From Candidatus Saccharimonadota bacterium (GTDB taxonomy: Bacteria; Patescibacteriota; Microgenomatia; UBA1406; GWC2-37-13), in contig MGBH01000001.1 of assembly GCA_001790095.1 (NCBI GenBank), positions 1,184,932-1,216,931 on the forward strand: DNA of 32,000 bases, in the 5' to 3' direction. The notes below the pieces were generated by a model. It was not told the origin of the DNA. It made no database searches and worked only from the letters and a program-made list of their open reading frames with translations. How positions within the stretch are numbered: position 1 is the first letter of the stretch; each line of letters opens with the position of its first letter. Shown one piece after another: positions 1 to 8,892 of the stretch. Both the position numbers and the translations under genes were made by a program.

Positions 1-1172
1 CAGAAATTAATTGTTTTGATGAAGGTTGGATTTTTTTGACATGACTGGCATCGAATTCCTCCACTGGGGATACATTGGGAAAATCCGTATTGATAACTAC
101 AGGAAAACTCAACGAAGTCTTTTGGATTAGCTGACCCAACGACAAACAAACATTGCATTTGTGTACATATGTCTGAAGGTTTTCCTCGCAATGTCGTCCA
201 TGATCCGTTGGCATTTCTCAGATAATCACATCCAAACTGAGTTGCTTTTGTTGCTCCCCCCGCAGCAGATTCCTCAATCCACAGCGATATGACGAAAAGC
301 GGATTAAAGTTATATTGTTTTGCCTTTTCTTGAACAAGCTCCCAATGATCAAGAAGCTTAGTGGATGTGAAATAGGTAGGATAAAATGTCCTCATTTTCT
401 CATATGCTTTTTTGATGACTGTTTCATCGACAGTACAGTTTGGATTACGATAGGGGATGGAGTAGTTCTTTGTCCCTGTGAAGTCAAATATTTGATTATT
501 TGTACGAGGGGTGTCTAGGTAGGGGTTGGGATAATGAATATTATATTCGGCTAGCTTTTCATCAAGTTCACGGCAGTCAGACGGGGGCGGCGGAGTCGGT
601 TCCCCGGTCGTTGTCATCACCGGCGGACGGATCATAAGACCAAACAAGGTAAACAGATCGGTAAGACCTTGTTCAGGGCTCTTGGTGACATAGGGAGTCT
701 GTACTTCCTCCATGGTCTTATCCGAGATGATGGTGGTCTTGATATTGTCTACAAGGCGAGGATATCCTTGAGTCTTTGCCCACTTAGCAAATGAGGCATC
801 AGCCTGAGGAGTCTTCCGGGTGACAACAAGCTTAGAGAGGTTGGGAGCATAGTCAAGGATAAAGTCCTCTTCTTCAAGAGGAAGAGAGAGGGAAGATTGT
901 ACTTCCTTCAGTGTTTGTTGTGCTTCCTGTTCTGTTTTCTGTTCTGCCTCTTTCCTTGCCTTCTGTTCTCTATCCTCCTCTACAAAAGAGGAGTTAGAAG
1001 AAGAGGAGGAAGAGAGAGATGAGGAGTATCTCTTATCTACTTGTACAGCTGTTGGAAAGGGAGAGGTTATCGAGGAGGACTCAGGCTTACTCTTTAGTAA
1101 AGATTGAATAAAAAATATACCTATCACAAGGATAAAGAGTATGGAAAGTGCAATGACAAGGTATTTTTTCAT
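1..1172 (-). CDS. Membrane-anchored secreted modular protein, paralog A (3' end lies beyond the window edge): shared N-terminal module plus its own Cys-rich C-terminal domain (possibly lysozyme/lytic-transglycosylase-like)
   Basis: Absent from the ORF track because there is no stop inside the window. Hand translation from ATG 1172: MKKYLVIALSILFILVIGIFFIQ (TM anchor), Ser run, EQKARKEAEQKTEQEAQQ linker, small domain, ...MIRPPVM. The unique part follows: TTTGEPTPPPPSDCRELDEKLAEY...QYNFNPLFVISLWIEESAAGGATKATQFGCDYL...IRCQSCQKNPTFIKTINF, open to base 3. Apart from the start-proximal codons, the first ~185 codons are nucleotide-identical to the 5' part of 30828..32000. TATAAT (1182-1187, minus) lies 9 nt upstream of the ATG. 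Confidence 0.8.
   Translation of the reverse strand, partial: MKKYLVIALSILFILVIGIFFIQSLLKSKPESSSITSPFPTAVQVDKRYSSSLSSSSSSNSSFVEEDREQKARKEAEQKTEQEAQQTLKEVQSSLSLPLEEEDFILDYAPNLSKLVVTRKTPQADASFAKWAKTQGYPRLVDNIKTTIISDKTMEEVQTPYVTKSPEQGLTDLFTLFGLMIRPPVMTTTGEPTPPPPSDCRELDEKLAEYNIHYPNPYLDTPRTNNQIFDFTGTKNYSIPYRNPNCTVDETVIKKAYEKMRTFYPTYFTSTKLLDHWELVQEKAKQYNFNPLFVISLWIEESAAGGATKATQFGCDYLRNANGSWTTLRGKPSDICTQMQCLFVVGSANPKDFVEFSCSYQYGFSQCIPSGGIRCQSCQKNPTFIKTINF
615..1169 (-). repeat. Copy A of a 555-bp intragenic direct repeat (partner 31422..31988)
   Basis: Compared by eye base by base. The offset is 30807 up to about 1060. Copy B then carries an extra 12 bp (tandem ggaaagggagtt), and the offset is 30819 to the end. 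I noticed no substitutions. Identity stops sharply at both ends (codon after PPVM; a few codons after the ATG). Confidence 0.9.
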
Positions 1173-1202
1173 CCTTTTTTCATTATAGAGGAAGCCGCTA
1201 TC

Positions 1203-1817
1203 TTATGTGTTGGAAACTATATTTTCAAAACTTTTTTCAACTATGGCCCAGTTTACATTTTCAAAGAAAGCGTCAATATAACCCCCTCTATTTACTCCAT
1301 AGTCTGAAAAATATGCGTGTTCGTATGTGTCAAGAGCAAGTATGGGTGTAACCCCCCAAGCAAGATAGGTGTTTTGGGAATCTCCAATATAGTTGAAAAG
1401 CCTTTTTTCTCTTGTATTCCATGCTGTCCACACCCATCCACGAGCAGCGATACCTGATGCTCTTAAGTCTTTTTTATACATCTCAAAAGAACCAAAATCT
1501 TTTTCAATTTGTGTACGTAAAGCTTTTCTTGCCAGGTTTCCATCTCCACCAAGGTGGGTAAAATATATCTCATGATTTATAACTCCTCCCCACGCGAAAG
1601 ATAGCTCAACTTTTAACTCACGAAGCGTAGAAAAAACCTGATTTGCCTTACCATACTCGTCGTCCCCCAATGACGTTAGTTTTTCATTTATTTCATTGTA
1701 TTTATTTACATAGCCTTGGTAAAGCTTCAGGTGTTCTTCTACTGTTTTTTTGGATATACCATTCATGGAAAAGATAGCATCATCAAACTGTTTTTGAGCT
1801 ATAGGTGAATATATCAT
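1203..1817 (-). CDS. sod: Fe/Mn-family superoxide dismutase (divergent N-terminal half)
   Basis: C-terminal signature DTYEHAYF (family motif D-x-W-E-H-A-Y-Y, Asp and His ligands), GGVINHEIYF (NH ligand motif) and EEHLKLYQGYVNKYN in place of the usual H-x-x-K-H-H-x-x-Y-V. ATG start, 204 aa. Confidence 0.85.
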   Translation of the reverse strand: MIYSPIAQKQFDDAIFSMNGISKKTVEEHLKLYQGYVNKYNEINEKLTSLGDDEYGKANQVFSTLRELKVELSFAWGGVINHEIYFTHLGGDGNLARKALRTQIEKDFGSFEMYKKDLRASGIAARGWVWTAWNTREKRLFNYIGDSQNTYLAWGVTPILALDTYEHAYFSDYGVNRGGYIDAFFENVNWAIVEKSFENIVSNT

Positions 1818-1843
1818 ATTATTACTAAATTTGTAATAGTTTA

Positions 1844-1872
1844 ATTAAACTCCATCTTCTTGTGAAAGTCAA
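1844..1872 (-). promoter_or_regulatory. sigma70-like promoter for sod: TTGACT-17 nt-TTTAAT
   Basis: Minus strand -35 TTGACT (plus coordinates 1867-1872), 17-nt spacer, -10 TTTAAT (1844-1849), about 26 nt upstream of the sod ATG (1817). Confidence 0.45.
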
Positions 1873-1878
1873 GAGGGA

Positions 1879-2568
1879 TTAGAGAAGAAGATCTGGTCTT
1901 TTTTTCTTTGTTTGTTTGATGGCTTGTTGATGTCTCCATGTTTCGATCTTTTTGTGATCACCTGACAGAAGAAGAGAGGGGACTTTTTTTCCATCAAATT
2001 TTTCAGGACGCGTATACTGGGGATATTCCAAAAGAGTATATTTACCAATCTTTGAAAAACTCTCTTTTTGTACTGCCTCCTCTTTTTTTAAGACACCAGG
2101 AATAAGACGAGTGATCGAATCAGCGAGTATACAGGCTGGAAGTTCGCCACCGGTTAGAACATAATCTCCGATAGATATTTCCTCATCGACATAATTAAGT
2201 ATTCTTTCATCAACTCCCTCGTAATGTCCGGCAATGATGATGATATGATCAAATAGGCTATATTCCTGTGCCATTTTTTGATGGTATGTTTTTCCTCGAG
2301 CACTGGTAAGAATGGTTTTAAGTTTTAAGTCTTTAGATGTAGATTTGAGGTGTTCTAATGCTTTAAAAACAACATCAACACGCAAGACCATACCGGCTCC
2401 TCCGCCGTATGGTCGGTCATCTACGGTGCCGTAGTCATCTATGGCAAAGTTACGTAGATTAACAACTTCAATCTCAACTAGTTTTTTTTGCTGTGCACGA
2501 CGTAAAATGCTTTCATGCAAAAAGCCGCTAATCATGGAAGGGAATAGAGTGATAATAGATATCTTCAT
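1879..2568 (-). CDS. trmD: tRNA (guanine37-N1)-methyltransferase TrmD
   Basis: MKISIITLFP..., DDRPYGGGAGMVL, IIIAGHYEGVDERI, SIGDYVLTGGELPA, LEYPQYTRP...VPSLLLSGDHKKIETWR are classic TrmD motifs along the full length. Confidence 0.95.
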   Translation of the reverse strand: MKISIITLFPSMISGFLHESILRRAQQKKLVEIEVVNLRNFAIDDYGTVDDRPYGGGAGMVLRVDVVFKALEHLKSTSKDLKLKTILTSARGKTYHQKMAQEYSLFDHIIIIAGHYEGVDERILNYVDEEISIGDYVLTGGELPACILADSITRLIPGVLKKEEAVQKESFSKIGKYTLLEYPQYTRPEKFDGKKVPSLLLSGDHKKIETWRHQQAIKQTKKKRPDLLL

Positions 2569-2612
2569 ACTATGATAATATACAATATTGATATGTCTTA
2601 TTATAACAAGCT

Positions 2613-2852
2613 ATGATAAAAAGATTAATTCTCACTCTTATTCGTCTATATCAGAAAACTTCTTTTTTTCATGGATATATAGCTAGGGTTTTGTTTATGA
2701 CAGATAAAGTCTGTCGTTTTACTCCTACGTGCTCGGAGTATTCGTATAAAGCGATTGATACATACGGGTTAGGAAAGGGTATGTGGTTAAGTATAAGGCG
2801 TATAGTCCGATGCCACCCTTGGTCAAAGGGTGGACATGATCCTCTTCAATAG
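2613..2852 (+). CDS. yidD: Membrane protein insertion efficiency factor YidD
   Basis: LIRLYQK..., CRFTPTCSEYSYKAI, RCHPWSKGGHDP family motifs; 79 aa. Confidence 0.92.
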   Translation: MIKRLILTLIRLYQKTSFFHGYIARVLFMTDKVCRFTPTCSEYSYKAIDTYGLGKGMWLSIRRIVRCHPWSKGGHDPLQ

Positions 2853-2854
2853 TA

Positions 2855-2883
2855 TTGACTTTTTTTGGAATTGGATTTATAAT
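2855..2883 (+). promoter_or_regulatory. Near-consensus sigma70-like promoter for clpB: TTGACT-17 nt-TATAAT
   Basis: TTGACT 2855-2860, 17-nt spacer, TATAAT 2878-2883, 30 nt upstream of the clpB ATG (2914). Confidence 0.55.
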
Positions 2884-2913
2884 TAGCAGAATTACTACTT
2901 AAGTGCCAATATT

Positions 2914-5055
2914 ATGAATATGCAATATCAGTCACCTGAGGATGAAGGAAATGTACTGGAAAAGTACACCATCAATCTTACTTCAAAAGCAAGGGAGGGG
3001 AAGATAGATCCAGTAATTGGAAGAAATGAAGAGATCCGTCGTGTCATACAAATACTGTCGCGCCGAACAAAAAATAATCCAGTACTTTTAGGTGATCCAG
3101 GGGTGGGTAAAACTGCAATTGCTGAGGGGCTTGCACAACGCATTGTTGATGGTGATGTGCCAGATACATTGAAACATAAAGAGCTTTTGGTCTTGGATAT
3201 TGCTGGTATATTGGCAGGAGCTGCATATCGGGGAGAGTTTGAGAACAGATTTAAGAAAATCCTTGAAACGATAGAAAAAGGTGATGGAAAACACATCCTT
3301 TTCATTGACGAACTTCATACCATCGTTGGGGCAGGTGGAGCTGAGGGAGCAATAGATGCAGGCAATATGTTAAAACCTGCTTTAGCGCGTGGGCTTCTTC
3401 ATGCAATAGGTGCAACGACGGTCAGAGAATACCGTCAGTATATTGAAAAAGATGCCGCTCTTGAACGACGCTTTCAACCGGTTTATATCAATGAACCAAG
3501 CATTGAAGATACTGTTGCGATACTACGAGGGATTAAGGAAAAATATGAAGTGCATCACGGTATTAAAATATCAGATAACGCAGTGATTGCAGCGGTTAAT
3601 CTTTCGGTCAGATATATTACTGATAGATATCTTCCAGACAAGGCAATTGATCTTATTGATGAGGCGGCGGCATCGGCGAAGATAGAAATAGATTCATTAC
3701 CCGAGGAGCTTGATGAAATGAAGCGCAGAATCATTCAACTTGATATTGAGCTCGCAGCTTTAAAAAAAGAAAAAGGACTTGATGTTCGAAAAAAAGTCCT
3801 TGAACAAGAGAAAAATAGACTCAAAAGCACATTTGACAAACTTTACAAACAATGGAGTGAAGAAAAGCAAATCATAAGCGATCTACAGAAACATAGGTTA
3901 AAACTTGATGTTTTGAAGGGACAGTTTGAAAAAGCTGAACGCGAGATATTACTTGAAAAAGCAGCAGAACTTAAATATGGGAGCATTCCCCAGGAGGAAC
4001 AAAAAGTAAAGGACTTGGAAAAACAATGGAGAGCTATCTCATCTGATAAGCGCTTATTAAAAGAAGAGGTAAGGGAAGAAGATATTGCGACCATTGTTGC
4101 TCGCTGGTCCCATATACCAGTTACGCGTCTTTTAGAGACGGAATCTAGCAAGCTACAACATCTTGAAAAAGAATTGATGGCAAAAGTAGTCGGGCAAGAT
4201 CATGCATTGTCTCAAGTCGCAAGAGCTGTCAGGCGATCTCGTGCTGGACTTTCTGATGAAGACAGGCCTATTGGTTCTTTTTTATTTTTGGGACCAACGG
4301 GTGTTGGAAAGACTGAAACAGCAAAAGCTCTTGCATACAGCTTGTTCAATGATGAAAAAGCTCTTATTCGTATTGATATGAGTGAGTATCAAGAATCCCA
4401 TACGATAGCACGATTCATTGGTGCTCCTCCAGGCTATGTCGGATATGAAGAAGGTGGGCAGCTTACTGAAGCAGTGCGTAGAAAGCCATACTCTGTAATT
4501 CTATTTGATGAAGTGGAGAAAGCTCATCCTCAAGTTTTTAATGCCTTTTTGCAAATACTGGATGAAGGAAGACTGACTGACGGACGGGGGAGGACTGTTA
4601 ACTTTAAAAATACGATTCTGATCATGACCTCAAATATTGGTAGTGAGCTATTTCAATCTGGGAAAGAGACAGAGACAAGGAATAATAAGATTCTTGAAAG
4701 AGTGGGAGCGTTTTTCCGGCCGGAACTTATCAACAGACTTGATTCAATCATCATATTTCACAGTTTAAACAAAGAGATGATGAAACAAATTATTCGTATT
4801 CAAGAGAGTCATCTGAAAGAGCGCTTTCACAAACAGGGTCTCGCTCTGACTCTAAGTGAAAATATGGAAAATTATCTCTTATCAGTCGGTTTTGATCCAA
4901 TATATGGGGCAAGACCTTTAAAGCGGGTGATAAATGAGAGCATTGTTGATGAGATTGCTCTTCGAATAGTTGAGGGAAAGATTAAGTTAGGAGACAAGAT
5001 AATAATAGATCATAAACAGAACAAAGTACAGATCTCTATAAAAAAACCAAACTAA
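2914..5055 (+). CDS. clpB: ClpB-type AAA+ disaggregase lacking the N-terminal domain
   Basis: Walker A1 [13 protein letters not shown], Walker B1 ILFIDELH, Walker A2 [14 protein letters not shown], Walker B2 [11 protein letters not shown] long coiled-coil middle domain sits between the modules ([25 protein letters not shown]...). The protein begins directly at [19 protein letters not shown], so the ~140-aa N-domain is absent. Confidence 0.93.
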   Translation: MNMQYQSPEDEGNVLEKYTINLTSKAREGKIDPVIGRNEEIRRVIQILSRRTKNNPVLLGDPGVGKTAIAEGLAQRIVDGDVPDTLKHKELLVLDIAGILAGAAYRGEFENRFKKILETIEKGDGKHILFIDELHTIVGAGGAEGAIDAGNMLKPALARGLLHAIGATTVREYRQYIEKDAALERRFQPVYINEPSIEDTVAILRGIKEKYEVHHGIKISDNAVIAAVNLSVRYITDRYLPDKAIDLIDEAAASAKIEIDSLPEELDEMKRRIIQLDIELAALKKEKGLDVRKKVLEQEKNRLKSTFDKLYKQWSEEKQIISDLQKHRLKLDVLKGQFEKAEREILLEKAAELKYGSIPQEEQKVKDLEKQWRAISSDKRLLKEEVREEDIATIVARWSHIPVTRLLETESSKLQHLEKELMAKVVGQDHALSQVARAVRRSRAGLSDEDRPIGSFLFLGPTGVGKTETAKALAYSLFNDEKALIRIDMSEYQESHTIARFIGAPPGYVGYEEGGQLTEAVRRKPYSVILFDEVEKAHPQVFNAFLQILDEGRLTDGRGRTVNFKNTILIMTSNIGSELFQSGKETETRNNKILERVGAFFRPELINRLDSIIIFHSLNKEMMKQIIRIQESHLKERFHKQGLALTLSENMENYLLSVGFDPIYGARPLKRVINESIVDEIALRIVEGKIKLGDKIIIDHKQNKVQISIKKPN

Positions 5056-5438
5056 TTAAGCACAGTCTTTGGCGCAGTCTTTTTACGCCATAATAGTACT
5101 GAGACGATGAGACCAAGTATAAACCCGCTTATACCACTAAGAAGTATATATATGGGTACAATTTTTTGTTTTTCTTGAGCTTTTTTGATGGCGTCTTGAA
5201 AGATGGTGTTAGTCTGTTGACAATTCTTAAGAGATACATCTTTTTCTTCACTTTTTTTCTTACATGCATCGAGTTCTTTTGTATCTTTTATGGGAATAGT
5301 TTTTTGTGGTAGTGTGAAATCATAATTAAGCTGTCCCGGGACTGCATAAACATACTTAAAAGTACATAAAAAAGTTAAACTGCATAAGAAAACAACAGCA
5401 CCCCATTTACTACTACACAAAGTCTTTTGGATCAGCAT
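5052..5438 (-). CDS. Hypothetical secreted/membrane protein (N-terminal hydrophobic signal, C-terminal TM)
   Basis: 128 aa. N-terminal [15 protein letters not shown] hydrophobic stretch and C-terminal [25 protein letters not shown] helix followed by RKK. ATG start with TATAAT 8 nt upstream. The 3' end overlaps the clpB stop by 4 nt. No recognisable family. Confidence 0.55.
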   Translation of the reverse strand: MLIQKTLCSSKWGAVVFLCSLTFLCTFKYVYAVPGQLNYDFTLPQKTIPIKDTKELDACKKKSEEKDVSLKNCQQTNTIFQDAIKKAQEKQKIVPIYILLSGISGFILGLIVSVLLWRKKTAPKTVLN

Positions 5439-5462
5439 ATATTATTATTATAAATAACAATT

Positions 5463-7175
5463 ATGGAAAAGGCTATGAAGTATGTGGCTATTTTTTTTCT
5501 CTTTCTTTTTATATTCAGTATTACCTTTACTAAAGGTAATGATTTTTCTCAAGATTTAGGTAGACATTTGAAGCTTGGAGAAATGATTGTAGCTCAAAAG
5601 GAGATCCCCAAAGTCAACCTCTTTTCATATACCCATTCATCATTTCCTTTTATCAATCATCATTGGCTGTCTGAGGTAATTTTCTATATGCTTGCCTCAT
5701 CCTATGGCTTATCATCTCTTGTAATACTTAGAGTTTTTCTTTTCTTGGTAACGATCGGGATCTGCGTGGATGGTGCATTTGAAAGAAAAAACCATATCAT
5801 CGTGCTTAGCATAACGCTTTTGTTTACACCTCTTTTTCTTGATCGGCTTGATATGCGGCCAGAATTATTTGGGTATGTCTTTTTTTCCTTTTTTCTTTAT
5901 ATGTTATTTTTAAAGCCAAGAAAAAAACTGATCACATATACAGCTCCCATTATTATGCTGTTGTGGGTCAACTTGCATGTATCGTTTGTATTTGGTTTAT
6001 TTTTGCTTCTGGTGTATTATATCCAGCAGGTTTTCCAATCAAAAAACATTTCTATTCTTCCTCTTGTTCTTTCATCTGTAGTTCTTTGTATAAATCCAAA
6101 CGGTATTTCTGGAGCGCTTTATCCATTTACTATTTTCAACAACTATGGCTATAGCATAGTAGAAAATCAAAACATCTTTTTTTTAAACTCGATGATATTT
6201 AATCCACTCATACATTACTTTTTCATTCTTACACCAATAGTGCTGTTTACTTTTATAGTTTTGTTAATAAACAGAAAGTTTATATGGTCATTCATACTTT
6301 TTGTTTTTTTCGTTTTATCTTTTTGGCAAATACGTCATCTGCCTTTTTTTGTGCTTGTCGTTATTCCAACGACTTCATATGCTTTCACGCAGACAGGTTA
6401 TCTTGTTTTTAAATCATTAAAAAACAAAAAGTATCATTTTACATATGGAATTTACTTTATTTTTTTTGTTATATGTATTTTTTTCACCTTTTTCTTTATA
6501 AACAACCGGTATTATCAGATATTTGATAAACAGCGATCTTTTGGATACGGGTTTATAGATAATTATAAAGAAGCTACAGATTTTATGTTAAGTTCAAAAC
6601 TTCCTCCTCATATGTTTAACAACTTTGATATTGGGGGATATCTGATCTATAAGCTATATCCGACATATCATGTTTTTGTAGATAACAGGCCAGAGGCATA
6701 TCCGGCATCATTTTTCCAAAACACGTATATCAAGCTCCAACAAGATCAAGAGGTGAGAAAAAAAGTATTTAAGCAAAACAACATTCATACCATTTTCTTT
6801 GCCCATACAGACATGACGCCGTGGGGGAGAGAGTTTTTGTCACAGATAGTGCAAGATCAGTCGTGGAAAATAGTATTTCTTAATGAGTCAATCGTCATCA
6901 TGACTGACGATAACCAATTTAAAGATATAAGACAGGATAAAGATAAAATAATGTCTCTTATTACTCATGAGGAAGACTACTTGGACCTTCTTCATCTGGC
7001 TTGGATTTTTTCAACATTAGGATATAAAGATTTAAATCAACAAGCAATGATAAAGGTACAAAAAATTAATCCTTCATCGTGTATTGTTCAAAGGATACGA
7101 TATGATACCTTCAAAGATTCCCCCCTTTTTTTTGCGGTTGACGATGTTAGAAAAAGCGCATGGTGGTGCTTTTGA
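5463..7175 (+). CDS. Polytopic membrane protein, possibly GT-C-type glycosyltransferase
   Basis: 570 aa with at least 10 hydrophobic helices in the first ~340 aa, then a soluble C-terminal domain. The first extracytoplasmic loop carries acidic residues (NDFSQDLGRHLKLGE), as in GT-C enzymes. The function call is an inference from architecture only. Confidence 0.6.
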   Translation: MEKAMKYVAIFFLFLFIFSITFTKGNDFSQDLGRHLKLGEMIVAQKEIPKVNLFSYTHSSFPFINHHWLSEVIFYMLASSYGLSSLVILRVFLFLVTIGICVDGAFERKNHIIVLSITLLFTPLFLDRLDMRPELFGYVFFSFFLYMLFLKPRKKLITYTAPIIMLLWVNLHVSFVFGLFLLLVYYIQQVFQSKNISILPLVLSSVVLCINPNGISGALYPFTIFNNYGYSIVENQNIFFLNSMIFNPLIHYFFILTPIVLFTFIVLLINRKFIWSFILFVFFVLSFWQIRHLPFFVLVVIPTTSYAFTQTGYLVFKSLKNKKYHFTYGIYFIFFVICIFFTFFFINNRYYQIFDKQRSFGYGFIDNYKEATDFMLSSKLPPHMFNNFDIGGYLIYKLYPTYHVFVDNRPEAYPASFFQNTYIKLQQDQEVRKKVFKQNNIHTIFFAHTDMTPWGREFLSQIVQDQSWKIVFLNESIVIMTDDNQFKDIRQDKDKIMSLITHEEDYLDLLHLAWIFSTLGYKDLNQQAMIKVQKINPSSCIVQRIRYDTFKDSPLFFAVDDVRKSAWWCF

Positions 7176-7265
7176 TAATTTTTTTCAGTCAAAACAAGCT
7201 GGAATAGGTATTTTGTAGCATACTGTCCCTTGCGAATTCTCCCCCCGGCTTTTAGCATGGATTGA

Positions 7266-8363
7266 ATGAATGAGCACACACTTTGCCATATCGGATTTTC
7301 TCACTTTTATGGAATTGGTCCGGTAAAATTCGCCGCATTAAAGAATAGATTTGAGTCAGTAAAACATGCATATTATGCCACTACTCATGAATTAGAAACG
7401 GTACTTGGATCATTATGGGCGAAGCGATTTGTTGATTTTCGAAATCACATTGATCTAAACAAAAAGTGGGAAGAGTTCAACAAGAAAAAAATAACTGTTT
7501 TGACGATTGATGATGAATTTTACCCAACTTCTCTCAAAAATATTTCCGACGCACCTATTTGTATATATGTAAAAGGGAATATCAAAACAGTTGATCTAAG
7601 AGAGGGGAAATTATTTGGCATTGTGGGTACTCGTAGACCAACTTCATATGGTTGTCAGATTGCTCATACTTTTTCCTCAGAACTTGCAGATGCAGGCTTT
7701 GTTATTGTCTCTGGCCTTGCAATTGGAGTTGATACTATAGCTCATAAAGCCGCACTTCATGCGGGAAGCAAGACCATCGCGGTGCTTGGATGTGGGGTAG
7801 ATATCATTTACCCTCAATCGAATAGTTTCTTATATGAGAAAATTGTAGACAACGGAGGTCTTGTTATGTCTGAGTTTCCACCTGGTCTTATGGTGAAAAG
7901 AGGTTTGTTTATAGCAAGAAATCGTATTATCTCAGGTCTTTCCATGGGTGTTCTTGTTGTTGAGGGTACAAAAGACTCTGGAGCGCTTATTACCGCACGT
8001 TTTGCAGCACAACAAGGTAGGGAAGTGTTTGCACCACCGGTCCCTCTTACATCTATCATGTCAGAGGCGCCAAACATATTGCTTAAACAGGGGGCAATAT
8101 TTGTTACCCAAACGGAGGATATTCTAGATGAATTTGGAATAAAAAAATGGAAAAAAAATGAAGCGATAATATCAACGCTTTCTCCTTCAGAAAAAATAGT
8201 TGTTGAGATACTTTCCCTTGAACCGAAGTCTGTTGACGAATTATTACTTGAGATAAAAACTCCTATATCTCATCTTTCCTATACTTTATCGATTCTTGAG
8301 ATGGAGGGTATCATAAAAAAAGATGCGCAAAGCAAGTATCAACTGGCATCAATGGGTAAGTGA
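7266..8363 (+). CDS. dprA: DNA-processing protein DprA (Smf)
   Basis: GIVGTRRPTSYG, SGLAIGVDTIAHKAAL, AVLGCGVDIIYP, ARNRIISGLS, GALITARFAAQQGREVFA are DprA Rossmann-core motifs. A C-terminal winged-helix-like tail is present. Confidence 0.94.
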   Translation: MNEHTLCHIGFSHFYGIGPVKFAALKNRFESVKHAYYATTHELETVLGSLWAKRFVDFRNHIDLNKKWEEFNKKKITVLTIDDEFYPTSLKNISDAPICIYVKGNIKTVDLREGKLFGIVGTRRPTSYGCQIAHTFSSELADAGFVIVSGLAIGVDTIAHKAALHAGSKTIAVLGCGVDIIYPQSNSFLYEKIVDNGGLVMSEFPPGLMVKRGLFIARNRIISGLSMGVLVVEGTKDSGALITARFAAQQGREVFAPPVPLTSIMSEAPNILLKQGAIFVTQTEDILDEFGIKKWKKNEAIISTLSPSEKIVVEILSLEPKSVDELLLEIKTPISHLSYTLSILEMEGIIKKDAQSKYQLASMGK

Positions 8364-8801
8364 CATAGTATCTAATTCTTCAATCCTTCTTTTGTACTTT
8401 TCTTCTTGTTTGGTTTGTGTCTGAAGAAATGCATCGATCAATTCTTTTGTTTCTTCGAAATTAATATAATCAGATGGTAATGCTAATACATTGACGTTAT
8501 CATTTTCTCTTGTGTGGACAACCTGTTCTTTTTGGAATCCAACAGCACATCTAATACCCGGGAATCGATTTGCTACGATAGATACTCCGACTCCAGACCC
8601 GCATATCACTATTCCTAAATACTCTGTTGTATTTTGCAATACTGCCTGAACTACTTTACGGGCAAAAATAGGGTAGTCATCTACGGGATCATACTGGTAG
8701 TTACCTAAATCCTCAATACGGATATTTTTTTCCTGAAGATATTCGATGATCTTATTTTTTAGCTCAAAGCCTCGGTGATCAGAGGCTATGAAAATAGTCA
8801 T
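8349..8801 (-). CDS. rpiB: Ribose-5-phosphate isomerase B (RpiB/LacAB family)
   Basis: IASDHRGFELK and ICGSGVGVSIVANRFPGIRCA motifs; 150 aa. The 3' end overlaps the dprA 3' end by 15 nt. TGcTATACT (8811-8819, minus) lies 9 nt upstream of the ATG. Confidence 0.9.
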   Translation of the reverse strand: MTIFIASDHRGFELKNKIIEYLQEKNIRIEDLGNYQYDPVDDYPIFARKVVQAVLQNTTEYLGIVICGSGVGVSIVANRFPGIRCAVGFQKEQVVHTRENDNVNVLALPSDYINFEETKELIDAFLQTQTKQEEKYKRRIEELDTMSLTH

Positions 8802-8843
8802 GTTGCAAATAGTATAGCAGATTAAACAAAATAGAGCTGTTTA

Positions 8844-8883
8844 CAAAAAAGCCCGTCCTCGATATGATCGGGACGGACTTTTT
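8844..8883 (-). terminator. Rho-independent terminator after hup (usable in both directions)
   Basis: Minus-strand RNA forms gu-ccgucc-cgau / loop cau / aucg-a-ggacgg-gc (about 12 bp with one bulge), followed by UUUUUU. On the plus strand the same hairpin is followed by TTTTT. Confidence 0.7.
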
Positions 8884-8892
8884 ATACAAAAA

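Noticed and set aside
2821-2837. GGTCAAAGGGTGGACAT, which resembles half of a CtsR box (GGTCAAA-NAN-GGTCAAA), upstream of clpB
   Set aside because: Only the first heptad matches. The sequence encodes the conserved HPWSKGGHD motif of YidD, so protein constraint explains it.
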